From Candidatus Methanomethylophilaceae archaeon (GTDB taxonomy: Archaea > Thermoplasmatota > Thermoplasmata > Methanomassiliicoccales > Methanomethylophilaceae), in contig JAGBGN010000014.1 in the NCBI GenBank assembly GCA_017935945.1, positions 1,913 to 65,912 on the forward strand: a stretch of 64,000 bases of DNA, given 5' to 3'. A program made the translations under genes and the position numbers. This document shows, piece after piece, positions 36,914 through 44,500 of the stretch. Within the stretch, counting starts at the first letter, position 1, and each line of letters begins with the position of its first letter. The notes beneath the pieces are model-generated. The model saw only the letters and a list, made by a program, of their open reading frames with translations. It did no database searches and was not told where the DNA came from.

Positions 36914-37714
36914 ATGGATATCGCCACCTATCTGGAAGAGGATATCGGCAGGGGGGACATCACCACCCTCCTGACGGTCCCCGACACAGTCGGTGTAGCC
37001 GAGATCGTATGCGAAGAGGACTGTGTCGTGGCAGGATTGGCCGAAGCGACAGAAGTCTTCAGGATCGTAGGTGGCGATGTCGAAACCTTCTGCGTCGACG
37101 GTGAACGCGTATCCGCTGGAACGCGTATCCTGACCGTCACCGGATCCCTCAGGGGTCTGATCACAGGCGAGCGTACAGCATTGAACTTCCTGATGCAGAT
37201 GAGTGGCATAGCCACGGCGACACGCCGTGCCGTCGAACTCGCAGAAGGGAAGATAATCGTGGCAGCAACCAGGAAGACGACGCCTGGATTCGGGGAATTC
37301 CAGAAGAAGGCGGTAGCCCTCGGTGGCGGAGACACCCACCGCCCTGCACTGGATAGCATGATAATGATCAAGGACAACCACATCAAAGCCTGTGGTTCGG
37401 TTATGAACGCCATGATGAAGGTCTCCGACGCCCCGTTCTTCATAAAGAAGGAGGTCGAAGTAACATCGTTGCAGGATGCGGTGGTCGCTGCCGAGATGGG
37501 TGCGGACATAATCATGCCGGACAACATGGGGCCCGTGGCCACGGGAGAGGTCAGGGACCATGTCAAGGCGATCAACCCGCGCATACTGATCGAGGCCTCC
37601 GGCAACATAAGACCCGAGAACATACCCGACTACATAGGCAAGGCCGACATCGTCTCCATGGGCTATCTGACACACTCCACACCCTCGGTACAGTTCTCGA
37701 TGGACATCATCTGA
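36914..37714 (+). CDS. nadC: nicotinate-nucleotide pyrophosphorylase (carboxylating)
   Basis: MDIATYLEEDIGRGDITT..., GERTALNFL, ATRKTTPG and KDNH blocks. ATG 36914 lies 3 nt after the upstream stop. Confidence 0.85.
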   Translation: MDIATYLEEDIGRGDITTLLTVPDTVGVAEIVCEEDCVVAGLAEATEVFRIVGGDVETFCVDGERVSAGTRILTVTGSLRGLITGERTALNFLMQMSGIATATRRAVELAEGKIIVAATRKTTPGFGEFQKKAVALGGGDTHRPALDSMIMIKDNHIKACGSVMNAMMKVSDAPFFIKKEVEVTSLQDAVVAAEMGADIIMPDNMGPVATGEVRDHVKAINPRILIEASGNIRPENIPDYIGKADIVSMGYLTHSTPSVQFSMDII

Positions 37715-37755
37715 TGTGCCGTTACTTTTAACTCACTCATCACCGATGACGGCAT

Positions 37756-37971
37756 ATGGCCATCAATCTTGACGAGTACACATGCGAGTTCTGTGGCAAG
37801 CAGTGCAAGAACATCGTATACGCCGCATTCGTCTGCGACGACCCCAACTGCCTCGAAGAGGCCAGGCTCGCCCGTGGCGGACCCGGCGGACACATGAAGA
37901 AGAAGGCTGAGGGAAAACCCATAATACCCATCGAACTCGAGAACGAGATCGATGAGAACAAGAAACTCTGA
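37756..37971 (+). CDS. small Cys-rich (zinc-ribbon-like) protein with Lys/Glu-rich tail
   Basis: 71 aa carrying CEFCGKQC...VCDDPNC. Codon bias resembles neighbours. A TATA-like CTTTTAA lies about 25 nt upstream, and T6 follows directly after the stop. Confidence 0.5.
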   Translation: MAINLDEYTCEFCGKQCKNIVYAAFVCDDPNCLEEARLARGGPGGHMKKKAEGKPIIPIELENEIDENKKL

Positions 37972-38027
37972 TTTTTTATGAGGAGGGTCTGAACCCTCCC
38001 CATTTGTTGATGGTCGGTTGCCCGACC
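37972..38027. terminator. T6 run plus two GC hairpins between convergent genes
   Basis: TTTTTT at 37972..37977, GGAGGGT-ctga-ACCCTCC at 37982..37999, and GGTCGG-ttgc-CCGACC at 38012..38027. Confidence 0.5.
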
Positions 38028-38034
38028 TGTAGTT

Positions 38035-39585
38035 TCAGTGCCTGAAGACACGGCAACCGGTGAACACCATCGCCATTCCGTGCTCGTTGGCTGCATCGAT
38101 GACCTCCTGGTCCCTGATACTGCCTCCGGGCTGGATGATGGCGGTGACTCCGGCTCTGGCAGCCTCGTCGACTCCATCCCTGAAGGGGAAGAACGCATCG
38201 GATGCCATGACACAGCCCTCTGTGGGCTCGTTGGCCTTCATGGTGGCGATCTTAGCGGAATCCACACGGCTCATCTGACCGGCTCCGATTCCGACGGCAC
38301 GCTCGCCCCTGACATAGACGACTGCATTGGATGTGACGTGTTTCGCCAGCTTCCATGCGAAGAGCAGGGAGTGGACCTCCTCCTCGGTCGGGGCACGGTT
38401 GGTCACGACGGTGAGGTTGGCGGGGTCGATGACGACGTCCTCGTCTGTCTGGACGAGCATTCCGCCCTGGACCTTCTTCATCTTGTACTCCCTGTGCTTG
38501 GCGGCAGGGCAGATGGGGGCGTTGGTCCTCAAGAGACGGATGTTCTTCTTGGCCTCCATGATCTCCACTGCGCCCTCCTCGTAATCGGGACAGATGACTG
38601 CCTCGACGAAGTGCTGGGAGATCTCCTCGGCGGTCTTGACGTCACAGTTCCTGTTGAGACAGATGACGCAACCGAATGCGGAGAGGGGATCGACGTTGTA
38701 TGCGGTCATGAACGCATCGTAGATGTTGTCCGCGGATGCGAGTCCACAGGGGTTGGTGTGCTTCATGACTACTGCGGTGGGCTTCTCGAAATCCATACAG
38801 ATGTCGAGGGCCTTGTCCAGATCCAGGATGTTGTTGTAGGAGAGCTGCTTACCGTGGAGCTGCTCGGACTTAGCAACAGTGGTTCCGGGGGTGAAGGGAT
38901 CCATGTAGAACGCGGCGGCCTGGTTAGGGTTCTCTCCGTATCTGAGGTCCTCGACCTTCTCCATGGGGACGGGGAAGGATGCGGGGAATCCCTCACAGAA
39001 CTCCTTGTGCATGCGGGATGCGATCATGGCATCGTAGTTGGCGGTTGCTACGAAAGCCTCTGCCATGAGCCTCTGGTGGAGGTCAAGGCTGAGCTCGCCT
39101 GCATCCTTCAGCTGGGTGATGATCTCGGAATATTGGGCAGGGTCGGTGACGACAGCCACGGACTCGTAGTTCTTGGCTGCAGCGCGGATCATGCTGGGTC
39201 CACCGATATCGATGTTCTCGACGATGTCCTCGAACTCGACACCCTCCTTAAGCACGGTCTGCTTGAAGGGATACAGGTTGATGACGACCATGTCGATGGG
39301 TGTGATGTTCTTGTCATCGATTGCCTGCATGTGCTCGGGAAGATCCCTGCGAGCGAGGATTCCTGCATGTATCATGGGGTGCAGGGTCTTGACGCGTCCG
39401 TCGAGCATCTCTGGGAAGCCAGTAACATCGGAGACCTCTATGGCCTCGATACCATTCTCTTTCAGAAGTTTGTACGTTCCACCGGTGGAAACGATCTCCA
39501 CACCGAGCGCGGAGAGTTCCTTTGCGAAGTCAACGATTCCGCTCTTGTCGGAGACACTGATAATTGCCCTCTTGATTTTAGACAG
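38035..39585 (-). CDS. purH: bifunctional AICAR transformylase / IMP cyclohydrolase
   Basis: Full-length PurH similarity. The conserved N-terminus KRAIISVSDKSGIVDFAKELSALGVEIVSTGGT is encoded upstream of the first canonical start (GTG 39501). I propose CTG 39585, which lies 6 nt after GGAGGT. Confidence 0.85.
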   Translation of the reverse strand: MSKIKRAIISVSDKSGIVDFAKELSALGVEIVSTGGTYKLLKENGIEAIEVSDVTGFPEMLDGRVKTLHPMIHAGILARRDLPEHMQAIDDKNITPIDMVVINLYPFKQTVLKEGVEFEDIVENIDIGGPSMIRAAAKNYESVAVVTDPAQYSEIITQLKDAGELSLDLHQRLMAEAFVATANYDAMIASRMHKEFCEGFPASFPVPMEKVEDLRYGENPNQAAAFYMDPFTPGTTVAKSEQLHGKQLSYNNILDLDKALDICMDFEKPTAVVMKHTNPCGLASADNIYDAFMTAYNVDPLSAFGCVICLNRNCDVKTAEEISQHFVEAVICPDYEEGAVEIMEAKKNIRLLRTNAPICPAAKHREYKMKKVQGGMLVQTDEDVVIDPANLTVVTNRAPTEEEVHSLLFAWKLAKHVTSNAVVYVRGERAVGIGAGQMSRVDSAKIATMKANEPTEGCVMASDAFFPFRDGVDEAARAGVTAIIQPGGSIRDQEVIDAANEHGMAMVFTGCRVFRH

Positions 39586-40067
39586 TGATATACCTCCTCT
39601 TCCGAGGTGCGCATACCATCGTATGCATGCAATGAATCAACTACTCATTGAAATAGATGACCCACCAAAGAATGCGAGCAAACATCCAACTTAGGAGAAC
39701 TGAGAAATTCCCGGACTCCGAAACCGGAATCCGGTAAGCGGTTTTTGCTAGGGTCGAACACACCTGCCATCGACATCTGAACTCGGCAGGCACATCCTTG
39801 TAATACCAGTAGTTTTCCACCGTACTTAAGATTTACAGTCGGACGTCAAAAAATTAACATTGATAATACCATGTTTTGAACATCCAGACTCGATTTCATC
39901 ACATTTTTCAACTGAAAAAATAACCTGAACGCCCTATTGGAGGATACATCCATCTTCGCCGGAATCCAGCCAGAATCCATCCGGAAATCGGACCCAGAAC
40001 CAAGGTTGAAATTCACCGAAAGCGAGCGGAGGTTAGTGTTAAAGTACGATGATTCGATGGTAACCCG

Positions 40068-40661
40068 ATGAAACGCAAGGACCTGGAAATCGCACTCCAA
40101 AAGGTGAAAGGATTCGATTCACCGGACCCATCCCTGGAACAGTACATGACTCCCGCGACCATGGTATCTGAGATTGTATTCGATGCATATCGCTCAGGGG
40201 ATGTCGAGGGAATGAAGGTCGTGGATCTGGGCTGTGGCACGGGCATGTTCACGATAGGATCCTGGATAGCCGGAGCAGGCATGTCGACTGGATATGATGT
40301 GTCCGAATCCGCATTGTCCGTGGCCAGGTCCAATGCGGAGACGTTGTGTGCCGATGTGGAGTTCCATCTTTCAGACATCCGTGATGTCAACGACCCGGCG
40401 GACACCATATTCATGAATCCCCCCTTCGGTTGCCAGAACCGCAATGCCGACAGACCGTTCCTCGACAAGGCAATGGAACTGTCCGAGTGCATATACTCGA
40501 TACATATGGCCAACACACTGGATTTCCTGAAGGCATATTGCGAGGAAAAGGGACGTCGTATAGTTTCGTCTAAAATCTATAAGTACGATATCCCTCATAC
40601 ATTCGCGTTTCATAAGAAGACGAAGATGACGGTTGACGTCGCAGTCGTCAACATCAGGTGA
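40068..40661 (+). CDS. METTL5-like N6-adenine RNA methyltransferase (COG2263 type)
   Basis: SAM motif VVDLGCGTG and catalytic NPPFG. 197 aa. Confidence 0.7.
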   Translation: MKRKDLEIALQKVKGFDSPDPSLEQYMTPATMVSEIVFDAYRSGDVEGMKVVDLGCGTGMFTIGSWIAGAGMSTGYDVSESALSVARSNAETLCADVEFHLSDIRDVNDPADTIFMNPPFGCQNRNADRPFLDKAMELSECIYSIHMANTLDFLKAYCEEKGRRIVSSKIYKYDIPHTFAFHKKTKMTVDVAVVNIR

Positions 40662-40666
40662 TTCAC

Positions 40667-41224
40667 ATGGCAGACTCAAGGATGGTTTTTCCCGGTGACG
40701 AGGTTGCTGTCGAGGAGGAATATCTCGCAGCAGAAGGTACTTTCTCAGAAGATGGAGTGATCTATGCATCACAGATCGGCATCCTCGAACTGGATGACGA
40801 GTGCATCGCAAGGGTAGTATCCCCCAACCCCCCTAATATCCTCAGCAACGGCGACATCGTGTACGCCGTTGTCGCCGACATCAGGAACACCATGGCAACC
40901 GCAGATGTCGTCGGCAAGGAAGGTGTTTCCAGGACCCTCGGAGGAGAGACCTATGCCACCATCCACGTGTCCAAGATCTCCCAGGGCTACACCGATGATG
41001 TGTCCAAGGAGCTCAGGAAAGGCGACTACATCAGAGCAAGGGTCACAGCAACGAAACCGTCCCTCCAGCTCACCACCAAGGACGACCACCTCGGTGTTGT
41101 CAGGTCACTCTGCGGAAAATGCAAGACGCAGATGGTCAAGAAGGGGCAGGGACTCTTCTGTCCCGAGTGTAAGACCAACAGCCCCAGGAAGCTGGCCGAC
41201 GATTACGGCAACATAAAGATTTGA
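40667..41224 (+). CDS. csl4: exosome complex RNA-binding protein Csl4
   Basis: N-terminal VFPGDEV domain, S1-like centre, and C-terminal zinc ribbon CGKCKTQM...CPECK. ATG 40667 is preceded by AGGTGA. Confidence 0.8.
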   Translation: MADSRMVFPGDEVAVEEEYLAAEGTFSEDGVIYASQIGILELDDECIARVVSPNPPNILSNGDIVYAVVADIRNTMATADVVGKEGVSRTLGGETYATIHVSKISQGYTDDVSKELRKGDYIRARVTATKPSLQLTTKDDHLGVVRSLCGKCKTQMVKKGQGLFCPECKTNSPRKLADDYGNIKI

Positions 41225-41235
41225 GGTCTAAACCG

Positions 41236-41862
41236 ATGAAGCTGGTCTCCCTCCTGTCTAACGGGCTCGATTCACCCGTTGCATCATATATCATGAGCAT
41301 GAGGGGTGCGGACGTCACCCTCCTGCATCTGGACAACCGCCCCTACACCGATGACCGCAGTATCGAGAGCGTGAACATGCTGGTCGAGAGACTCAGAGAG
41401 GTCACAGGGAAGGAGCTCCCCCTCTACATGGCACCCCATGGTGAGAACCAGGCCAGGATCCACGAGTCCTGTGAGCCGGGATATCAGTGCGTGATGTGCA
41501 AACGCGTCATGCAGAAGACCGCGAGGGAGTTCTCCAAGATGATTGGTGCTTCCGGGATAATCATGGGCGACTCACTAGGACAGGTGGCTTCACAGACCCT
41601 CAGGAACCTCAAATCCGAGAACACCGGTCTGGACTACACCGTTGTCAGACCCCTGATAGGCATGGACAAACTGGAGATCATCGAGATCGCCAAGGAAATC
41701 GGCACTTTCGACATATCGATCAGACCGACCGATGGATGCACCATTGTCCCCATAAAACCCGTTACAGAGGCCAGTGTCGAGAAGATCGGCACTTTCGAAT
41801 CCGTTGTCGATACGGATGCCCTCGCCAGAACCACTGCCGAAGCAGCTGTGAGAATTTCTTGA
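41236..41862 (+). CDS. thiI: ThiI-like PP-loop ATPase domain protein lacking the THUMP/NFLD domains
   Basis: PP-loop-like LSNGLDSPVA, a CxxC (QCVMCK), the GDSLGQVASQT block and a downstream Cys (TDGCTIVP). Only about 208 aa. Confidence 0.65.
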   Translation: MKLVSLLSNGLDSPVASYIMSMRGADVTLLHLDNRPYTDDRSIESVNMLVERLREVTGKELPLYMAPHGENQARIHESCEPGYQCVMCKRVMQKTAREFSKMIGASGIIMGDSLGQVASQTLRNLKSENTGLDYTVVRPLIGMDKLEIIEIAKEIGTFDISIRPTDGCTIVPIKPVTEASVEKIGTFESVVDTDALARTTAEAAVRIS

Positions 41863-41903
41863 AATTATGATGTGATCGATGGGGCGGGACGCCCCTCGAC
41901 CCA

Positions 41904-42182
41904 TCAGTAGAACCTGCCGCCCTTGCTGGTGTAGAACGCTGGACAAGAATCTATGTCCTCGTCCTCATAGACCATGTCGATGGTTATGTGATTGACGTAC
42001 ATGGCCTGTATACGGGATATGTAAAGGGTGTGTTCACCCACAGGGATCTTAATGTCGGATTCCTTCGGAGCCTTCACGGACACGGGAACCAGTGCAGGAC
42101 CCATGCAGGCAGTGCAGACACGGTAGTCGCATCCCTCGGACTCTATCAGTTTCTTGACATCATCGTCGACGATGAATTCCAT
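41904..42182 (-). CDS. hypothetical small protein (92 aa)
   Basis: ORF with coding-like bias. Cys residues at CDYRVCTAC and near the C-terminus. No family recognised. Confidence 0.45.
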   Translation of the reverse strand: MEFIVDDDVKKLIESEGCDYRVCTACMGPALVPVSVKAPKESDIKIPVGEHTLYISRIQAMYVNHITIDMVYEDEDIDSCPAFYTSKGGRFY

Positions 42183-42228
42183 GGCACCCCATCGACGGGG
42201 CGCTAATAAGAGTTATGTGCACCCGGAT

Positions 42229-44100
42229 TCAACCATCGTTCGAGAAGAACGACTTGACTGCAACCGGGATGTCACGGCAGAGTATGGAATCCAGACCTCC
42301 GAGGGAGGATATCCTGCGGTCCAGGATGACTACCACTCCGCGGTCCGTCTCCGACCTGATCACACGCCCCATGGCCTGCCTCAGCTTCCTCGTGGCAGGG
42401 ATGGTGGATATGAACCGCCTACCATCTCCGAACCTGATGTCGTAGTACCTGTGAAGGGCACGCAGCTTCGCCGTGGGTTTCGGGAACGGGACCCCGACCA
42501 CCACCGCCATCTCCAGGGAATCTGCAGGGAAATCGATCCCCTCGCTGATACGTCCGCCCGTTATGCAGAAGAGGACACCGCCCTCCGCCATACTGAAGTT
42601 CTCCACGGTCTCCATCAGGTCGGATTGGCCCATGCCCTTCTCCTCGAAATAGATGTCACGTCCCAACTCGTCCACTATCCCCTCGGAAACCATGCGCTCC
42701 ATGAACTGGTATGATGGGAAGAACACCGCTGTGTTCACATTGACCGCGGACACGGAATCCACGATCAACCTCCTCAGTATGCCGTAGTTGGGCTCTGTGT
42801 ACCTTTCCTCGTAGTTCATGGTGACTTCGTCGGAATACAGCTTCAGGAGGTTCTCTGGCGGGAACATACCCCCCAGCCTGAGGAAAGACGGCCTCTCGAT
42901 GCCCATCTCGATTGCGTACGCATCCAACGGTTCCAACGTACCGGACATGTGGACCGATGCATGACACTCGTTCAAGGGACCGGATGCTCCCGAGGGGTCG
43001 AGACAATAGGATTGGAACTTCGGGTTGTACTCACCGACCACCAACCTGACGTACAGGTCCTCGTCTCCCAGCACCCATGCCTGCATGAAGCGTGACATGG
43101 ACATTATGTAAGAACGCGGGAGCTTGCGCCTCTGCTTCTTGCGTTCAGCGATGCCATCCCCGATCTCCTCCATGGCCTTGAAGACCTTGGACAATCCGTT
43201 GCTGGTGAGACCCAGGCGGGACATGAGCTCCTCCTGGAGGAAGTATGGTGGCAGCATGCCATCGTCATCGATGAGGTACTCCCTGACCGCCAACGACAGC
43301 ACCTCCTTGGTAACTGCGATCACATCCGTCACGGTCATCCCATCGTGGACCTCGGGGTCGCCGTTGTCCCCTGCTTCCTTCTCAGCCAGTTCCATCGCCC
43401 TCATGGAACATTCACAGGTCTGCACCTCGCGGAGGTAGTCCGGGAGGTTGTGTGCCTCGTCGACGACGATTATGGTCTTCGACAGTGGAACGCCCAACCA
43501 TTGGATGAAACGGTCCAGGACCTGCGGCATGAAGACGAATGGATACGGTACAGCGATGACATCGGCCTCGGGCAGGACGTATTTGACCATCTCATACGGG
43601 CAGAGCCCGGAATCCTCACACAACTTGGAGAAATCCTCGGGTTCCGGATGGTCCCTGCGGACCCTCTCGACCCACGATCCGATATCGGTGGATTCGATTG
43701 CAGAATAATACGGACAATGACAGCCATCATCGCCCTTGCGCTTGTATTCGGAACAGAGTTTGGAGATCTCCTCGGACGTCCCCGAGGAGAGTTCCGGATC
43801 GTCCCTCATGAGGGGACAGGAGGAAGCCGAACGGCCCTGGACACCGACACAGAGTATGCCGTCGCCGATGGCCGCCGACTCCCTTATGACCTGTTTCTGC
43901 TGGGATTTGGTACGGGTCAGGTACAGGACCTTCATCCCGTGGTCCCTCGCGTATCCGACGGTACCGCATAGGGACGTTATGGTCTTCCCCACACCCGTGC
44001 CGGCTTCGACTACCGCACACCCGCGCTGACGGATGGTGCGATTGATGAAACCGACCAGACCCCTCTGGCCGGGACGGTACGGGTACGGGAAGTCGACCAT
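42229..44100 (-). CDS. xpd: XPD/Rad3-family 5'-3' DNA helicase with FeS domain
   Basis: Walker A VEAGTGVGKT and DEAH box VVDEAHNL. Cys cluster between motifs I and II (CPLMRD...C..C.CPYY...CPYE). C-terminal helicase motifs. Confidence 0.85.
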   Translation of the reverse strand: MVDFPYPYRPGQRGLVGFINRTIRQRGCAVVEAGTGVGKTITSLCGTVGYARDHGMKVLYLTRTKSQQKQVIRESAAIGDGILCVGVQGRSASSCPLMRDDPELSSGTSEEISKLCSEYKRKGDDGCHCPYYSAIESTDIGSWVERVRRDHPEPEDFSKLCEDSGLCPYEMVKYVLPEADVIAVPYPFVFMPQVLDRFIQWLGVPLSKTIIVVDEAHNLPDYLREVQTCECSMRAMELAEKEAGDNGDPEVHDGMTVTDVIAVTKEVLSLAVREYLIDDDGMLPPYFLQEELMSRLGLTSNGLSKVFKAMEEIGDGIAERKKQRRKLPRSYIMSMSRFMQAWVLGDEDLYVRLVVGEYNPKFQSYCLDPSGASGPLNECHASVHMSGTLEPLDAYAIEMGIERPSFLRLGGMFPPENLLKLYSDEVTMNYEERYTEPNYGILRRLIVDSVSAVNVNTAVFFPSYQFMERMVSEGIVDELGRDIYFEEKGMGQSDLMETVENFSMAEGGVLFCITGGRISEGIDFPADSLEMAVVVGVPFPKPTAKLRALHRYYDIRFGDGRRFISTIPATRKLRQAMGRVIRSETDRGVVVILDRRISSLGGLDSILCRDIPVAVKSFFSNDG

Positions 44101-44103
44101 GTC

Positions 44104-44496
44104 TCAGGCCGCGTCGCCGCCCCTGCGCCAGATGTCATCGGGAAGGTCCGCGTAGATGGAATCCATACCGTCCTCCTCCACGACGACCTCCTTGTCGTTG
44201 GACATGAGCTGCGAGATCTTCTCCCTCTTGAAGAGCCAGTAGTGGATCCTCCACTCCCTTCCGTCGTAGAGGGTGGTCTCCTCCCTCTCGGTCGTCAGGA
44301 TACCGGCGTCCTCCAGCATGTAGAAGGCATCGCGGTCCTCGGGCTCCAGGATGTTGTCTATGATCCTGTCTGAGTACCCGAAGAAGTTGAGCACATGGTG
44401 GGCAAGCTCGTAGGCCTGCTCCTCCACCATCCCACGGGAATGGTCGATGCTGTTCTTGATGGCCTGTGTGAGGTCGTCCACCGTGATGATGCTCAT
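44104..44496 (-). CDS. hypothetical acidic protein (130 aa) immediately upstream of xpd
   Basis: ORF ends 3 nt before the xpd start. Coding-like bias. No family confidently recognised. Confidence 0.5.
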   Translation of the reverse strand: MSIITVDDLTQAIKNSIDHSRGMVEEQAYELAHHVLNFFGYSDRIIDNILEPEDRDAFYMLEDAGILTTEREETTLYDGREWRIHYWLFKREKISQLMSNDKEVVVEEDGMDSIYADLPDDIWRRGGDAA

Positions 44497-44500
44497 CGGA

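Noticed and set aside
39654-39703. Possible C/D-box sRNA (AGATGA ... CTGA about 40 nt apart) upstream of purH.
   Set aside because: The C box is imperfect (not UGAUGA). No internal C'/D' boxes or terminal stem are present. A single chance match is likely.
39806-39821. ORB-like sequence (CCAGTAGTTTTCCACC) in the AT-rich spacer, which might suggest a replication origin.
   Set aside because: There is only one partial match, no repeated ORB elements, and no orc1/cdc6 gene nearby.
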